The notes below the pieces were generated by a model, which had not been told where the DNA came from, ran no database searches, and saw only the letters and a list, made by a program, of their open reading frames with translations. From a virus (Duplodnaviria > Caudoviricetes), in IMG/VR virus record IMGVR_UViG_3300023179_000134, positions 1 through 55,015 of that record: 55,015 nucleotides of DNA. One strand, written 5' to 3'. Shown one piece after another: positions 1-9,165 of the stretch; position 1 is the first letter of the stretch; each line of letters begins with the position of its first letter. A program made the translations under genes and the position numbers.

Positions 1-500
1 TCACCGCCGAGAACGACACCGAGTACTTCGTGTAGCTTTTCAGCTAGATCACGAGGTAGTGTAAAGCTAACTTCTTCTCCGCCGACATCTTCACCAGTAT
101 CACCTGTAGGCAACCCGAGAGCAGCGGCGTCATTTGCCTCGGTATCTTCTGGCTGACCGGACATTACGTCCTCATATAGTTTATCAAAAATAGATTTGCT
201 CATAAAAGTATTTATTGTTTGTGTTTCTGTTTTTTCAAGATTTTGTGAGAATTTTTTAGGTTCATAAAAATTTTCTTTTTTAGCAGTCTTAGGATCAACA
301 GTATCTTTACTAAAACCATCTGCGTTTTCAGGCCCAGAATTCTTATTAATAAATGCATTCTTATCAGCCTGAGCTTCAACAGGCTTTTTATCTGTAGCAA
401 GCTTAAAAGTATTTTTAGGCGGAAATATAGACTTTTTTTCTTCAATAATAGATTTTTCATAGTGCTCACCCATTTCTACTAGCGTTCTGGTACCGTTCAT
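1..500 (-). CDS. Hypothetical acidic protein, possibly an internal head protein; runs off the left edge and is missing from the ORF track
   Basis: Manual translation from ATG 500 is open to base 1: MNGTRTLVEMGEHYEKSIIEEKK...QTINTFMSKSIFDKLYEDVMSGQPED... TATAAATA lies 6 nt upstream. A second in-frame ATG at 203 has its own TAAATA. Confidence 0.75.
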   Translation of the reverse strand, partial: MNGTRTLVEMGEHYEKSIIEEKKSIFPPKNTFKLATDKKPVEAQADKNAFINKNSGPENADGFSKDTVDPKTAKKENFYEPKKFSQNLEKTETQTINTFMSKSIFDKLYEDVMSGQPEDTEANDAAALGLPTGDTGEDVGGEEVSFTLPRDLAEKLHEVLGVVLGG

Positions 501-506
501 ATTAAG

Positions 507-514
507 TATTTATA
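507..514 (-). promoter_or_regulatory. T4-type late promoter TATAAATA
   Basis: Exact T4 late consensus on the minus strand, 6 nt before ATG 500. Confidence 0.7.
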
Positions 515-520
515 TTATAT

Positions 521-2224
521 ATGCCTAAAAAACAAGAAAGTCAATTTTATTTAGGTAACCAGAATCTACCTACTGCAGATGCTACATTTGATTATGAAGC
601 ACACCCGGAATGGGTACAAGATATAGCAAGATGTAGAAAAAATATATTATATTTTTCAGAGAACTTCTTCTTTATTACAAATCTAGACGAAGGTAAGATG
701 AAGATCAAATTACATTCTTATCAAAAACGTATTTTAAGAAGTTTAAGAGATAATAGATTTGTTTGCTTATTGGCAAGCCGTCAAATTGGTAAAACAACGT
801 TGATGACAATATATGCATTGTGGATAGCCTGCTTTTTTGAAGATCAGCGTATTCTTATTGTAGCAAATAAAGAGCAAACAGCTATTAACATTTTTAAGAG
901 AGTCCGTTTAGCTTATGAGAAACTACCTAATTACTTAAAACCAGGAACTGTAGAATATGGAAAAACATCAATGTCGTTGGGAAACGGGTCTAGTATTGGC
1001 ATTTCGACAACCAGCAGTGATGCCGGTAGAGGCGATAGTTGTAATGTCCTTATCTTGGACGAGTTAGCATTTATTGACAACCATCTTGTTGAACAGTTTT
1101 GGAGTTCTGTATATCCTATTATTTCTTCTTCCAAAAAATCTAAAATATTTGTTGCTTCAACACCAAACGGTACAGGCAATCTTTTTCATGAATTGTATTC
1201 CGGGGCAATGGAAGGTAAGAATGATTGGCATGCTGAAAAAGTTGATTGGTGGGAATTCCCCGGACGCGATGAAGCATGGAAAGACAAAACAATTCGTACT
1301 TTAGGAAGTAGGGAAGTTTTTGATCAAGAGTTTGGTAATGTATTCTTACAAGCCGGTGAAAGTGCTTTAGATGAAAAACTTTTTGAAGAGATGAAATCCG
1401 AATGCATAGAACCTAATTTTATTTTTGAGGACGGAAAATATTTGATGTGGGAAGAACCAGATAAAGATCATTTGTATGTAGCCGGGGTTGACATAAGTGA
1501 GGGTGTTGGAGAGGCTGCAAGCGTAATTCAAGTTTTAGATATTACCGACCTAAGAGAAATAAAACAAGTTGCTATTTACCATGACCGTACAATAAGCCCT
1601 TACAATTTTACAACCAAGTTACATGAAATTTTAAAGCATTGGGGTTCGCCTCTTGCATTAATTGAAAGGAATAATTGTGGTGCGCAAGTAGTAGATCAAC
1701 TGAAAAATACCTTGGGGTACGAAAATATTGTTTCGTATGGTATAAAAGCTGGTCCTATTAATTTTAATAAAATAGGAGTACAAGCTCATACCAATACAAA
1801 ATATAAAGGAGTTATGAATATGAGATATTGGCTTTCAGAATTAAAAGTTTTAAAAATAAGAGATCTAAAAACACTTAATGAACTTAAAGGGTTTGTTAGA
1901 TATCCTAATGGTACGTGGGCAGCTAAGCAGGGGGTAGATAGTTGGGATGATAGGGTTATGAGCTTACTTTGGGGATTAATGATTCTTGAAAATGACTTAG
2001 TAGAAAAATATTTTGAAGTAGTAGAGTACGATTCAAATAGAAAACCATTAAAACTTAAATCATTAGATTACGGAGTCAAATATTTTGTAAATCCCGCTTC
2101 AATTTATAGCAATGAAAAACTAGGCGACGGATTACCACCTCTACCTATAGTTATACAGGGGGATAACTCTAATGAATTTGACGAAATAAAAGACTTAGAA
2201 TCTCAAGGTTGGCATAGACTTTAA
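521..2224 (+). CDS. terL: Terminase large subunit (T4 gp17-like)
   Basis: Walker A-like ASRQIGKTT, Walker B LILDELAF, ASTPNG motif III, FDQEF, and nuclease domain with GVDISEG and DDRVMS. Confidence 0.95.
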   Translation: MPKKQESQFYLGNQNLPTADATFDYEAHPEWVQDIARCRKNILYFSENFFFITNLDEGKMKIKLHSYQKRILRSLRDNRFVCLLASRQIGKTTLMTIYALWIACFFEDQRILIVANKEQTAINIFKRVRLAYEKLPNYLKPGTVEYGKTSMSLGNGSSIGISTTSSDAGRGDSCNVLILDELAFIDNHLVEQFWSSVYPIISSSKKSKIFVASTPNGTGNLFHELYSGAMEGKNDWHAEKVDWWEFPGRDEAWKDKTIRTLGSREVFDQEFGNVFLQAGESALDEKLFEEMKSECIEPNFIFEDGKYLMWEEPDKDHLYVAGVDISEGVGEAASVIQVLDITDLREIKQVAIYHDRTISPYNFTTKLHEILKHWGSPLALIERNNCGAQVVDQLKNTLGYENIVSYGIKAGPINFNKIGVQAHTNTKYKGVMNMRYWLSELKVLKIRDLKTLNELKGFVRYPNGTWAAKQGVDSWDDRVMSLLWGLMILENDLVEKYFEVVEYDSNRKPLKLKSLDYGVKYFVNPASIYSNEKLGDGLPPLPIVIQGDNSNEFDEIKDLESQGWHRL

Positions 2225-2236
2225 TTAAATAATTAA

Positions 2237-3097
2237 ATGGCTGATGTAACGATATCCGGGTTAAATGATTTAACGCCCCAAGGTTCGCTTTATGTACCTA
2301 TTTCTAATGGTAGTACGACAGGAAAAGCAACTATAGCTTCTTTACAAGTTAATTATAACAATATAACAAATAAACCCACATTACCTATACCCGTTGTAAT
2401 GGATGTTTTAGTAGTTGGCGGCGGCGGCTCCGGCGGTAACGGATATCCTGATCAATCAGGAGCTGGTGGTGGAGGCGGCGTAATTAGCTATACAAACTAT
2501 AATTTGTACCCGGGTACCTATTACGTAATAGTAGGCAGCGGGGGTTATAGTATTGGAAATAGTTACTCTAGAAATAATGGTAGTAATTCAATGGTTTATG
2601 GTGGTAATCCAGCTGTAAATATAATAGCTTACGGGGGTGGAGCAGGAGCAGCTGCACGCAGTCAAACAGGAAACGATGGTGGTTGTGGCGGCGGTGGCGG
2701 CGACTTTAGCGGTGTTGGCGGAAAGGGGATTTTTGGTCAGGGATTTAATGGTGGTACTAGCGGTAGCGGCGGTGGTACAGTTGAGTGCCCCGGTGGTGGA
2801 GGAGGGGCTGGAGGAGCTGGAGGTAATTGCACTGGAGGGCTCGGTATTTTTTCTAGCATTACAGGTACATCATTGCAATATGCTTCGGGAGGGACAGCAA
2901 ACGCTTCATTAAATTATGCAGCTCCAAATACTGGAAATGGTGGATACAGCAACGGTACTCCTGGAGGAAGTTCTGGAGTCGTAATATTTGCATACCAAGG
3001 CACAGGTAAGGCAACCGGAGGAATTGTGAGTACAACTTCACGCCCAGGGTGGACTGTACATAGGTTTACAAGCGACGGAACCTTTATAGTAAACTAA
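2237..3097 (+). CDS. Glycine-rich virion/tail accessory protein
   Basis: DVLVVGGGGSGG...GAGGGGG...GGSSGVVI...VHRFTSDGTF pattern typical of phage glycine-rich domains. TAAATA upstream. Confidence 0.7.
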   Translation: MADVTISGLNDLTPQGSLYVPISNGSTTGKATIASLQVNYNNITNKPTLPIPVVMDVLVVGGGGSGGNGYPDQSGAGGGGGVISYTNYNLYPGTYYVIVGSGGYSIGNSYSRNNGSNSMVYGGNPAVNIIAYGGGAGAAARSQTGNDGGCGGGGGDFSGVGGKGIFGQGFNGGTSGSGGGTVECPGGGGGAGGAGGNCTGGLGIFSSITGTSLQYASGGTANASLNYAAPNTGNGGYSNGTPGGSSGVVIFAYQGTGKATGGIVSTTSRPGWTVHRFTSDGTFIVN

Positions 3098-3101
3098 TTA
3101 T

Positions 3102-3716
3102 ATGTCTAACCTAGTACCATACACTCAAAGCCCATTTAATAAAGCTCGTAAAGACAAATTTTTAATGGTCTTAAATTTTCCTAAAGGGTTAAAAGACATT
3201 TCTAAAAAGCTAAACAGAGATAATTCTACAATTATTCCTGACGCTTTACAATTCTCAGTATTTGGTGCTGTAGTTCCTGAAATCGAAGTACCTGTTGTTA
3301 ATGTAAGATATGGTGGTCAGACACTTGCAACCTCGAGTCATTCGCGTGAACCTTACCCACCAGTTAAAGTAGATTTTACGGTAGATAATAGATTTAACAA
3401 CTATTATGTCATTTATAAGTGGCTAGATGTTTTAAACAGCTCTAAAACCAGTTTATATGATACAGATAATTTAACAGATTCGACAAAAACTAATAGTGGA
3501 GGAGCAGACAACTTACTATATAGATCTAATATATCTATTTTTGCATTAGACGAATATGATAAAAGAGTAGTTGAATTTATATATACAAATGCATTTCCTA
3601 TATCACTGGGAGCTATTAATTTTAATAATAGAGATGCCGGCGAAATAGAATCTTCATTCACATTTAGTTATTCACAACTTCAGGTTTCTTTAGTGGAATA
3701 TGTAGATAGTTTATAA
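3102..3716 (+). CDS. Tail completion / tube terminator protein (T4 gp3-like, tube fold)
   Basis: VDFTVDNRFNNY..IYKW and FIYTNAFPISLGAINF...FTFSY resemble the gp3/gp19 family. Directly upstream of the sheath gene. Confidence 0.6.
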   Translation: MSNLVPYTQSPFNKARKDKFLMVLNFPKGLKDISKKLNRDNSTIIPDALQFSVFGAVVPEIEVPVVNVRYGGQTLATSSHSREPYPPVKVDFTVDNRFNNYYVIYKWLDVLNSSKTSLYDTDNLTDSTKTNSGGADNLLYRSNISIFALDEYDKRVVEFIYTNAFPISLGAINFNNRDAGEIESSFTFSYSQLQVSLVEYVDSL

Positions 3717-3757
3717 AAAATTAAAAAGTTTTATCCAAAAAAACATAAATACTTTAT

Positions 3758-6055
3758 ATGGCACGTACAATTCAAAGTCCCGGAGTTGAAATTAATGAGG
3801 TTGATTTATCGCTAAGAAATGCAGGGGCCCCTGCTACAGTAGCTTTTGTACCTGGATTTGCACCAAAAGGACCTACATCTGAACCTATTAGCGTAAGTTC
3901 GTTGTCAGAGTTTGAACAGATTTTCGGGCAACCAACAAATTCTGCAGAAAGATATTTTTATCATTCAGTTAAAGCAGTTTTACAATCACCAGCTAATCCT
4001 ATCGTTTACAGATTACCCTACGGTGAAGGCGCAGGTGTTGATACAAGTGATGAATATAGTGCATTAGTATTTCCTGTCAAAGCATATTGCCCTTCTACAG
4101 GATATATTGAAACAGATTTAACTAAGCCCGATTCAAGATACTTTTTCGGTTCACCCACACACCTTAAGCTCACACAAAATGAATACCTTTCAATTTTAAA
4201 GGGCGACGGTTTTAGTTGGGCAGCTGATACAGAAAACAGAACAACATTTAGTAGTGTTTCTGCACTTAGTGGTGCAGGTGTTATTATTCTCAATAAAGCT
4301 CAATCAACCATTAATACAAAGTTTGAAGGCGTTTATATTAGCATTGCAGATAATACTAATCTCAATCCTGCCACGCCCTTTAACGATATTAATTCTGTAT
4401 TGAGTGTAAATAATGAAACTAAAGCAATATTTGGAAACGGTTATGTAAGTATTCCTGATGTAAGGCTTAACTTCACACTTTCTGCAGATGCTGCGGGACT
4501 ACAAGGAAGCGTTTCTGAGGTATTAGAAAATATACCTACTTTCGATATTTCATCAAACCAGTATGACGATACAGTTACACTAGGCGTTTTTAAGCTAAGA
4601 CAGTCTGTATTTTCACCCGATACAATCGCATTAGATTATGTCCTTCAAGAAGGCTACACAGCATCGTTTGATGCACATAGACAGATTAATAATGTAAACG
4701 GCGGACCCGCAATTAGCTTTTTCTTAGAAATAGCTGATCAAAACTCTACAAATGTTACTACCATTATTAACCCTTATATTTCTAATAAGGGCGGCAATAC
4801 TTGGTTAGATACAAACGGTATACCAGCCAAGAAGGTTCGTTTCCTTAGTTCACAGCTTCTCACACCTCTAGCAGGTGAAACGAGCTCACAGTATACAACG
4901 CGCGTTGGTGCACCTTCTGGTGATGTCGCAACTCTCGCTGCACAGCTAGGCACAACAAACGCAATGTATGCTCTAGGAGATTACAGCGAGGAAGATCTTA
5001 CTACAAAAGTAATTGGCAACATACCCGCTAAGCTTACCACAGCTACTGAAAAGTTAGCTAACGTTGATCTTTATCCGCTTAATGTTTCAGTAGAAGCAGG
5101 TTTAGGAACAATCTATGCAAATTCATTTAATCCTTCAACATATTTGTATTTTGATGATAGCGTACCTTTCGATGGTTTAGTTGAAGAGCTAGCCGTACAA
5201 AACCCGGCTAATACACCTACATGTATACAACATTATAATGCTGTTATTGCACCGTTTATTAATCTAACTAATAGCCGTAAAGATCATTTGTTTATTGCTG
5301 ATCCATTAACAAACATATTTGTACAAGGTGCAAATTTAAAGACATTAGATATTCCTGGTAAAACATTCCCAACTGATATCTATTGGTCGTTAAAAAACCA
5401 GTTTGCAAGCCTCGATACTAGCTATGCATGCGTATTTGCAAATGTTGCTAAAGTTGCTGATATTGCAACAAACCAGCAAGTTTGGGTTCCGTTCTCTGGC
5501 TTTGCAGCAGCTTCAATGGCTTCAACAGATAGCAACTTCCAGCCTTGGTATGCACCAGCAGGGTTTACTCGGGGTGTAGTAAGCGGTATTGTTGATCTAG
5601 CAATGTATCCAAAGCAAAAGCATCGCGATCAATTATATCGTATTAATCTTAATCCGGTAACATTCTTTCCATCAGAAGGTTTTGTAATCTTCGGACAAAA
5701 GACATTGCAGAAGAAGCCTAGCGCATTTGATCGTATTAATGTACGTAGGTTGTTCTTGAATCTTGAAACTGCAACAAGAGATACAGTTAAGTACTTCTTA
5801 TTCGAACCTAATACACTCTTTACAAGAACACAGATTATTAATAGTTTAACACCTATCTATGATAATGCTAAGAATACACAAGGTATATATGATTATCTTT
5901 TAATATGTGACGAACGTAACAATACACCCGAAACTATTGATGATAATACAATCGTAATTGACGTTTATATTAAGCCAGTAAGAGCTGCGGAATATATCCT
6001 TTGCAACTTCTATTGCACTAGAACCGGAACAAACTTCCAGGAGATAGTAACATAA
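3758..6055 (+). CDS. Tail sheath protein (gp18-like)
   Basis: N-terminal SPGVEINEVDLS. C-terminal PWYAPAGFTRG, INPV-like, FGQKTL, AFDRINVRRLFL and FEPN motifs. Confidence 0.95.
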   Translation: MARTIQSPGVEINEVDLSLRNAGAPATVAFVPGFAPKGPTSEPISVSSLSEFEQIFGQPTNSAERYFYHSVKAVLQSPANPIVYRLPYGEGAGVDTSDEYSALVFPVKAYCPSTGYIETDLTKPDSRYFFGSPTHLKLTQNEYLSILKGDGFSWAADTENRTTFSSVSALSGAGVIILNKAQSTINTKFEGVYISIADNTNLNPATPFNDINSVLSVNNETKAIFGNGYVSIPDVRLNFTLSADAAGLQGSVSEVLENIPTFDISSNQYDDTVTLGVFKLRQSVFSPDTIALDYVLQEGYTASFDAHRQINNVNGGPAISFFLEIADQNSTNVTTIINPYISNKGGNTWLDTNGIPAKKVRFLSSQLLTPLAGETSSQYTTRVGAPSGDVATLAAQLGTTNAMYALGDYSEEDLTTKVIGNIPAKLTTATEKLANVDLYPLNVSVEAGLGTIYANSFNPSTYLYFDDSVPFDGLVEELAVQNPANTPTCIQHYNAVIAPFINLTNSRKDHLFIADPLTNIFVQGANLKTLDIPGKTFPTDIYWSLKNQFASLDTSYACVFANVAKVADIATNQQVWVPFSGFAAASMASTDSNFQPWYAPAGFTRGVVSGIVDLAMYPKQKHRDQLYRINLNPVTFFPSEGFVIFGQKTLQKKPSAFDRINVRRLFLNLETATRDTVKYFLFEPNTLFTRTQIINSLTPIYDNAKNTQGIYDYLLICDERNNTPETIDDNTIVIDVYIKPVRAAEYILCNFYCTRTGTNFQEIVT

Positions 6056-6070
6056 TAGATAAATAATTTT

Positions 6071-6619
6071 ATGGCAGACGTAAATCAATTAATCACAGAC
6101 TTCTACAGAGTAGCAACAAATCGCGAGTTCGCTCGTGATTATAATTTTCGCGTACTGTCGATTAATACCGGTGGTGCAAGCGATGTGACCTTTGATCAAG
6201 ACGACCTTGTATATGTTAAAACAGCATCTCTACCAGCTCGTCAGATCAAAAATGTTGAAGTTCCTTACATGGGGTTAAATTTTAATCTACCTGGTAATGT
6301 AACTTATCCGGGTTCAGATTCTTATGAAATGACATTTTATGCTGATGCACAATCTAAGATTCGTCAGAAGTTTGAACAGTGGTCAATCGACATCTTTAAT
6401 GATGCTAATTCAACAGGTAACTATTTTGCACCAAAGCAGACAGCTATTATTGATTTAGTACAGCTTGACAATCAGCTTAATAAAGTCGCGCAATATCAGT
6501 TAGTAGGCGTTTCAGTACGCAATGTAGGTCCTATTAATTACAGTATTGCCGCAGGTACTGGTGAGACGATTGAATTTGTAGCTACTGTTTCTTATCACTA
6601 CTGGAGAAATATTGGTTAA
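6071..6619 (+). CDS. Tail tube protein (gp19-like)
   Basis: Follows the sheath; 182 aa; ASLP...VEVPYMG, RQKFEQW, VQLD and EFVATVSYHYW motifs. Confidence 0.85.
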   Translation: MADVNQLITDFYRVATNREFARDYNFRVLSINTGGASDVTFDQDDLVYVKTASLPARQIKNVEVPYMGLNFNLPGNVTYPGSDSYEMTFYADAQSKIRQKFEQWSIDIFNDANSTGNYFAPKQTAIIDLVQLDNQLNKVAQYQLVGVSVRNVGPINYSIAAGTGETIEFVATVSYHYWRNIG

Positions 6620-6643
6620 TAGGTCTGGGCAATAAATAATTAG

Positions 6644-7552
6644 GTGAACAATCCGTTTACCAATGCCCTTAATGGTTTAGGTCAAAATTTTACAGGGCTC
6701 TTTACCGGTACTAACCCACCGTTCGCCCCGCAAGTAACAGATTTATTTGGGTTTAATATACCAGGCGTGCCTCTCATTTCAGTACGAGATTATTTTCTCG
6801 TGCAGATGGAATCATGGTTTACTGCGATTCCTAATTCTACGCAATGGATTATAGTTATTGATAGATATCCTTCTGCTCTAACATCTAGTGTTATTCAAGG
6901 GCTAGAACGAACAGATGGTAGCAGAAAAGGATTTGATATTAGTACAGCTAAAAATATTCTCGCAAGCTTTCCTTTGCAAAAAATTATAGGGTGTTTATTT
7001 GCACATGAAGTCACTATTCCAACAGAACAGTTTGAAGTGCAATTTGCTTCAGTAGCAAACAATAGAGGATTCTTGCCCGGAATTTTAGGGGGCGGTAGAA
7101 ACACCGAACCACCAAATCTCGTAATAGATTTTAGAGACACAAATACTTCTTTTATTGATTTTGTTGTACGCCCTTGGGTTATTCTAGGATCACATTTTGG
7201 TATGACAGCAAGACCTGGCGATACGGGTACAACACGTAGTTTTTATAACATGAAATGTAATATGACGCTTCTTAACTTTACACCTACTATTCAAGGAATT
7301 TCTATGATACCAAGAAAGGTATTTAGTTTTTATAATTGTATGCCTTTCCAGGTATCCGAACAATCATACGATTATACTGATGCAAAATTAACTACCTTTA
7401 ATACTAGATGGACATATTCACATTATACTGTAGAAAATAATTTATACTTGCCTATTGCTGATATAGTTAATAGAATATCTCAAGGTGAAATACCAAGGGT
7501 TACAAGCTTCCAAAACGGACTTAGCATTACTAATCCTTTAGGATTTTTATAA
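6644..7552 (+). CDS. Tube-like baseplate/tail tube initiator protein (gp54-like)
   Basis: GTG start after TAAATA. Tube-fold C-terminus (FSFYNCMP...FNTRWTYSHY). Position after the tube gene. Confidence 0.5.
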   Translation: MNNPFTNALNGLGQNFTGLFTGTNPPFAPQVTDLFGFNIPGVPLISVRDYFLVQMESWFTAIPNSTQWIIVIDRYPSALTSSVIQGLERTDGSRKGFDISTAKNILASFPLQKIIGCLFAHEVTIPTEQFEVQFASVANNRGFLPGILGGGRNTEPPNLVIDFRDTNTSFIDFVVRPWVILGSHFGMTARPGDTGTTRSFYNMKCNMTLLNFTPTIQGISMIPRKVFSFYNCMPFQVSEQSYDYTDAKLTTFNTRWTYSHYTVENNLYLPIADIVNRISQGEIPRVTSFQNGLSITNPLGFL

Positions 7553-8382
7553 TGTCTTTTTATTTAAATTATTTTGCACCAACATTACAAAAAAATTTAC
7601 ATCTTAAAGAGATAAATTTTTTACAGTATAAAACACTTAATAAATTTCTTATTAATAATAACAGTCAACATATACAGGAATACTTTGACATTATTTTAAA
7701 AGAATGTATAGTAGAAGATATTGAACTTACAAACTTTGATAAATTTTGCGCATTATTTTTGCTTAGATGTACTTGTATTTCGTCAGAAATCGAATTTTAT
7801 GTAGGTAACTCTACAAAAAAAGGTTCTTTAATGAATTTTCTTAAAAAATGTTTAGATTTTAAAACAGAATTTAATAAAAGAATAAAAATTGACGAAAATA
7901 TAGAGATAGTTCTTAATTTACCTAAAAGCTTTATTTTCGAAACCACATTTGATGCATTGTATGAAACTATTTCAGAAGTGTATTATAAAGGTAAAAAATT
8001 AATTTATAGTAGTAATAGCGAACTGATGGAGGTATTACCAGCTGATATTTTAAATCATCTTAAAGAATATAGTAAAAATTTAGACAAAGAATTTAAAAAT
8101 CTAGTATTAGACGTAGGTGTTAAAGAAAAAGATCAGTTTTCTATTTCTCCATTTAACACGTCTATGTTTGAAGTGCTAAGGGCTCTATTTAATTCAAACT
8201 TTAGAAATATATTAGAGCTGCAATATCTTTTAGTTAGCAAGTGTAGATATAATCCTGACTATATCGATAAAAATACACTATTAGAAAACTTAATTTTGGC
8301 AAATATCTACGAAGATGAAGTAAAGAAGATTAACGAAGAACAAGATAAAGCGTTGGAGAAAACAAAACCCGGTAATAAATAG
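7552..8382 (+). CDS. Putative baseplate hub assembly protein (gp26/gp51-like)
   Basis: LTNFDKFCALFLLRCTC resembles the gp26 family; synteny. Confidence 0.4.
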   Translation: MSFYLNYFAPTLQKNLHLKEINFLQYKTLNKFLINNNSQHIQEYFDIILKECIVEDIELTNFDKFCALFLLRCTCISSEIEFYVGNSTKKGSLMNFLKKCLDFKTEFNKRIKIDENIEIVLNLPKSFIFETTFDALYETISEVYYKGKKLIYSSNSELMEVLPADILNHLKEYSKNLDKEFKNLVLDVGVKEKDQFSISPFNTSMFEVLRALFNSNFRNILELQYLLVSKCRYNPDYIDKNTLLENLILANIYEDEVKKINEEQDKALEKTKPGNK

Positions 8383-8386
8383 GTTT

Positions 8387-9139
8387 ATGGATAGTTTTTC
8401 TAGCGCCCTTACATCTTTAGATAATTTAGCCAAAATATATGATATATTTGTACCTTCCTTAAATAAGAAAGTTAAGTTTAAGGGGTTAACTACTAAGCAA
8501 CAAAAAGAAGCGGTTAAAACAGCTTTAGATAAAAATATTACAGGGCTTACTTTTTCAAATCTTTTAAACAAGATTATAGCGGAAAACTCTACAGAAAAAA
8601 ATACTTATCTTTTACCAGATAGAAATTTTATAGTAACGGCTTTAAGAGTTTTATCCCTCTCAAATAAGCTGCAAGTTGAAGATGAAGAAGTAGACCTTTC
8701 GTTTGTTCCTAATTTTAATACACCGTTACCAGAAGAGCTTAAAAAAGCTGAACTAATTGATGAAAATGTTTCTATTTCTGTTTCAATACCTACTTTAGAA
8801 AAAGATTCATTTGTTAATAATGAGACGAGAAAGAAGTTAGCTCCTCTACCTGATGATGATAATTTTGCAAAAGAATCTATTGGTGAAGTTTATGTAAATG
8901 AACTTATTAAGTATATTGACAAAGTATCTGTATCCGACGGGGCTAACGTATCTGTAGTTGTTTTAAATGAACTCAGTTTTGATCAAAAAGTACAGCTAGT
9001 TGAGAAGCTACCTCTTAATGTAAATTCTAAACTTGTTGATTATATTAATAAAGTAAAAGCCTTTGAAAAGAAATACTTTATAACACCTGCGGGACAAGAA
9101 TTAGACGTTAGTATAGACCCCACTCTTTTTACTGTCTAA
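8387..9139 (+). CDS. Putative baseplate hub assembly protein (gp26-like)
   Basis: IFVPSLNKKVKFKGLTTKQQK and DRNFIVTALR resemble the T4 gp26 family N-terminus; precedes the tape measure gene. Confidence 0.55.
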   Translation: MDSFSSALTSLDNLAKIYDIFVPSLNKKVKFKGLTTKQQKEAVKTALDKNITGLTFSNLLNKIIAENSTEKNTYLLPDRNFIVTALRVLSLSNKLQVEDEEVDLSFVPNFNTPLPEELKKAELIDENVSISVSIPTLEKDSFVNNETRKKLAPLPDDDNFAKESIGEVYVNELIKYIDKVSVSDGANVSVVVLNELSFDQKVQLVEKLPLNVNSKLVDYINKVKAFEKKYFITPAGQELDVSIDPTLFTV

Positions 9140-9165
9140 CATAACTTATTCATTAAATATTATTA

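Noticed and set aside
212-469. 85-aa minus-strand ORF from the track
   Set aside because: It is an off-frame shadow of the longer ORF starting at 500, which has the late promoter.
521-2224. Possible intein or intron in the terminase
   Set aside because: Length and motif spacing are normal, with no splicing or homing-endonuclease motifs.
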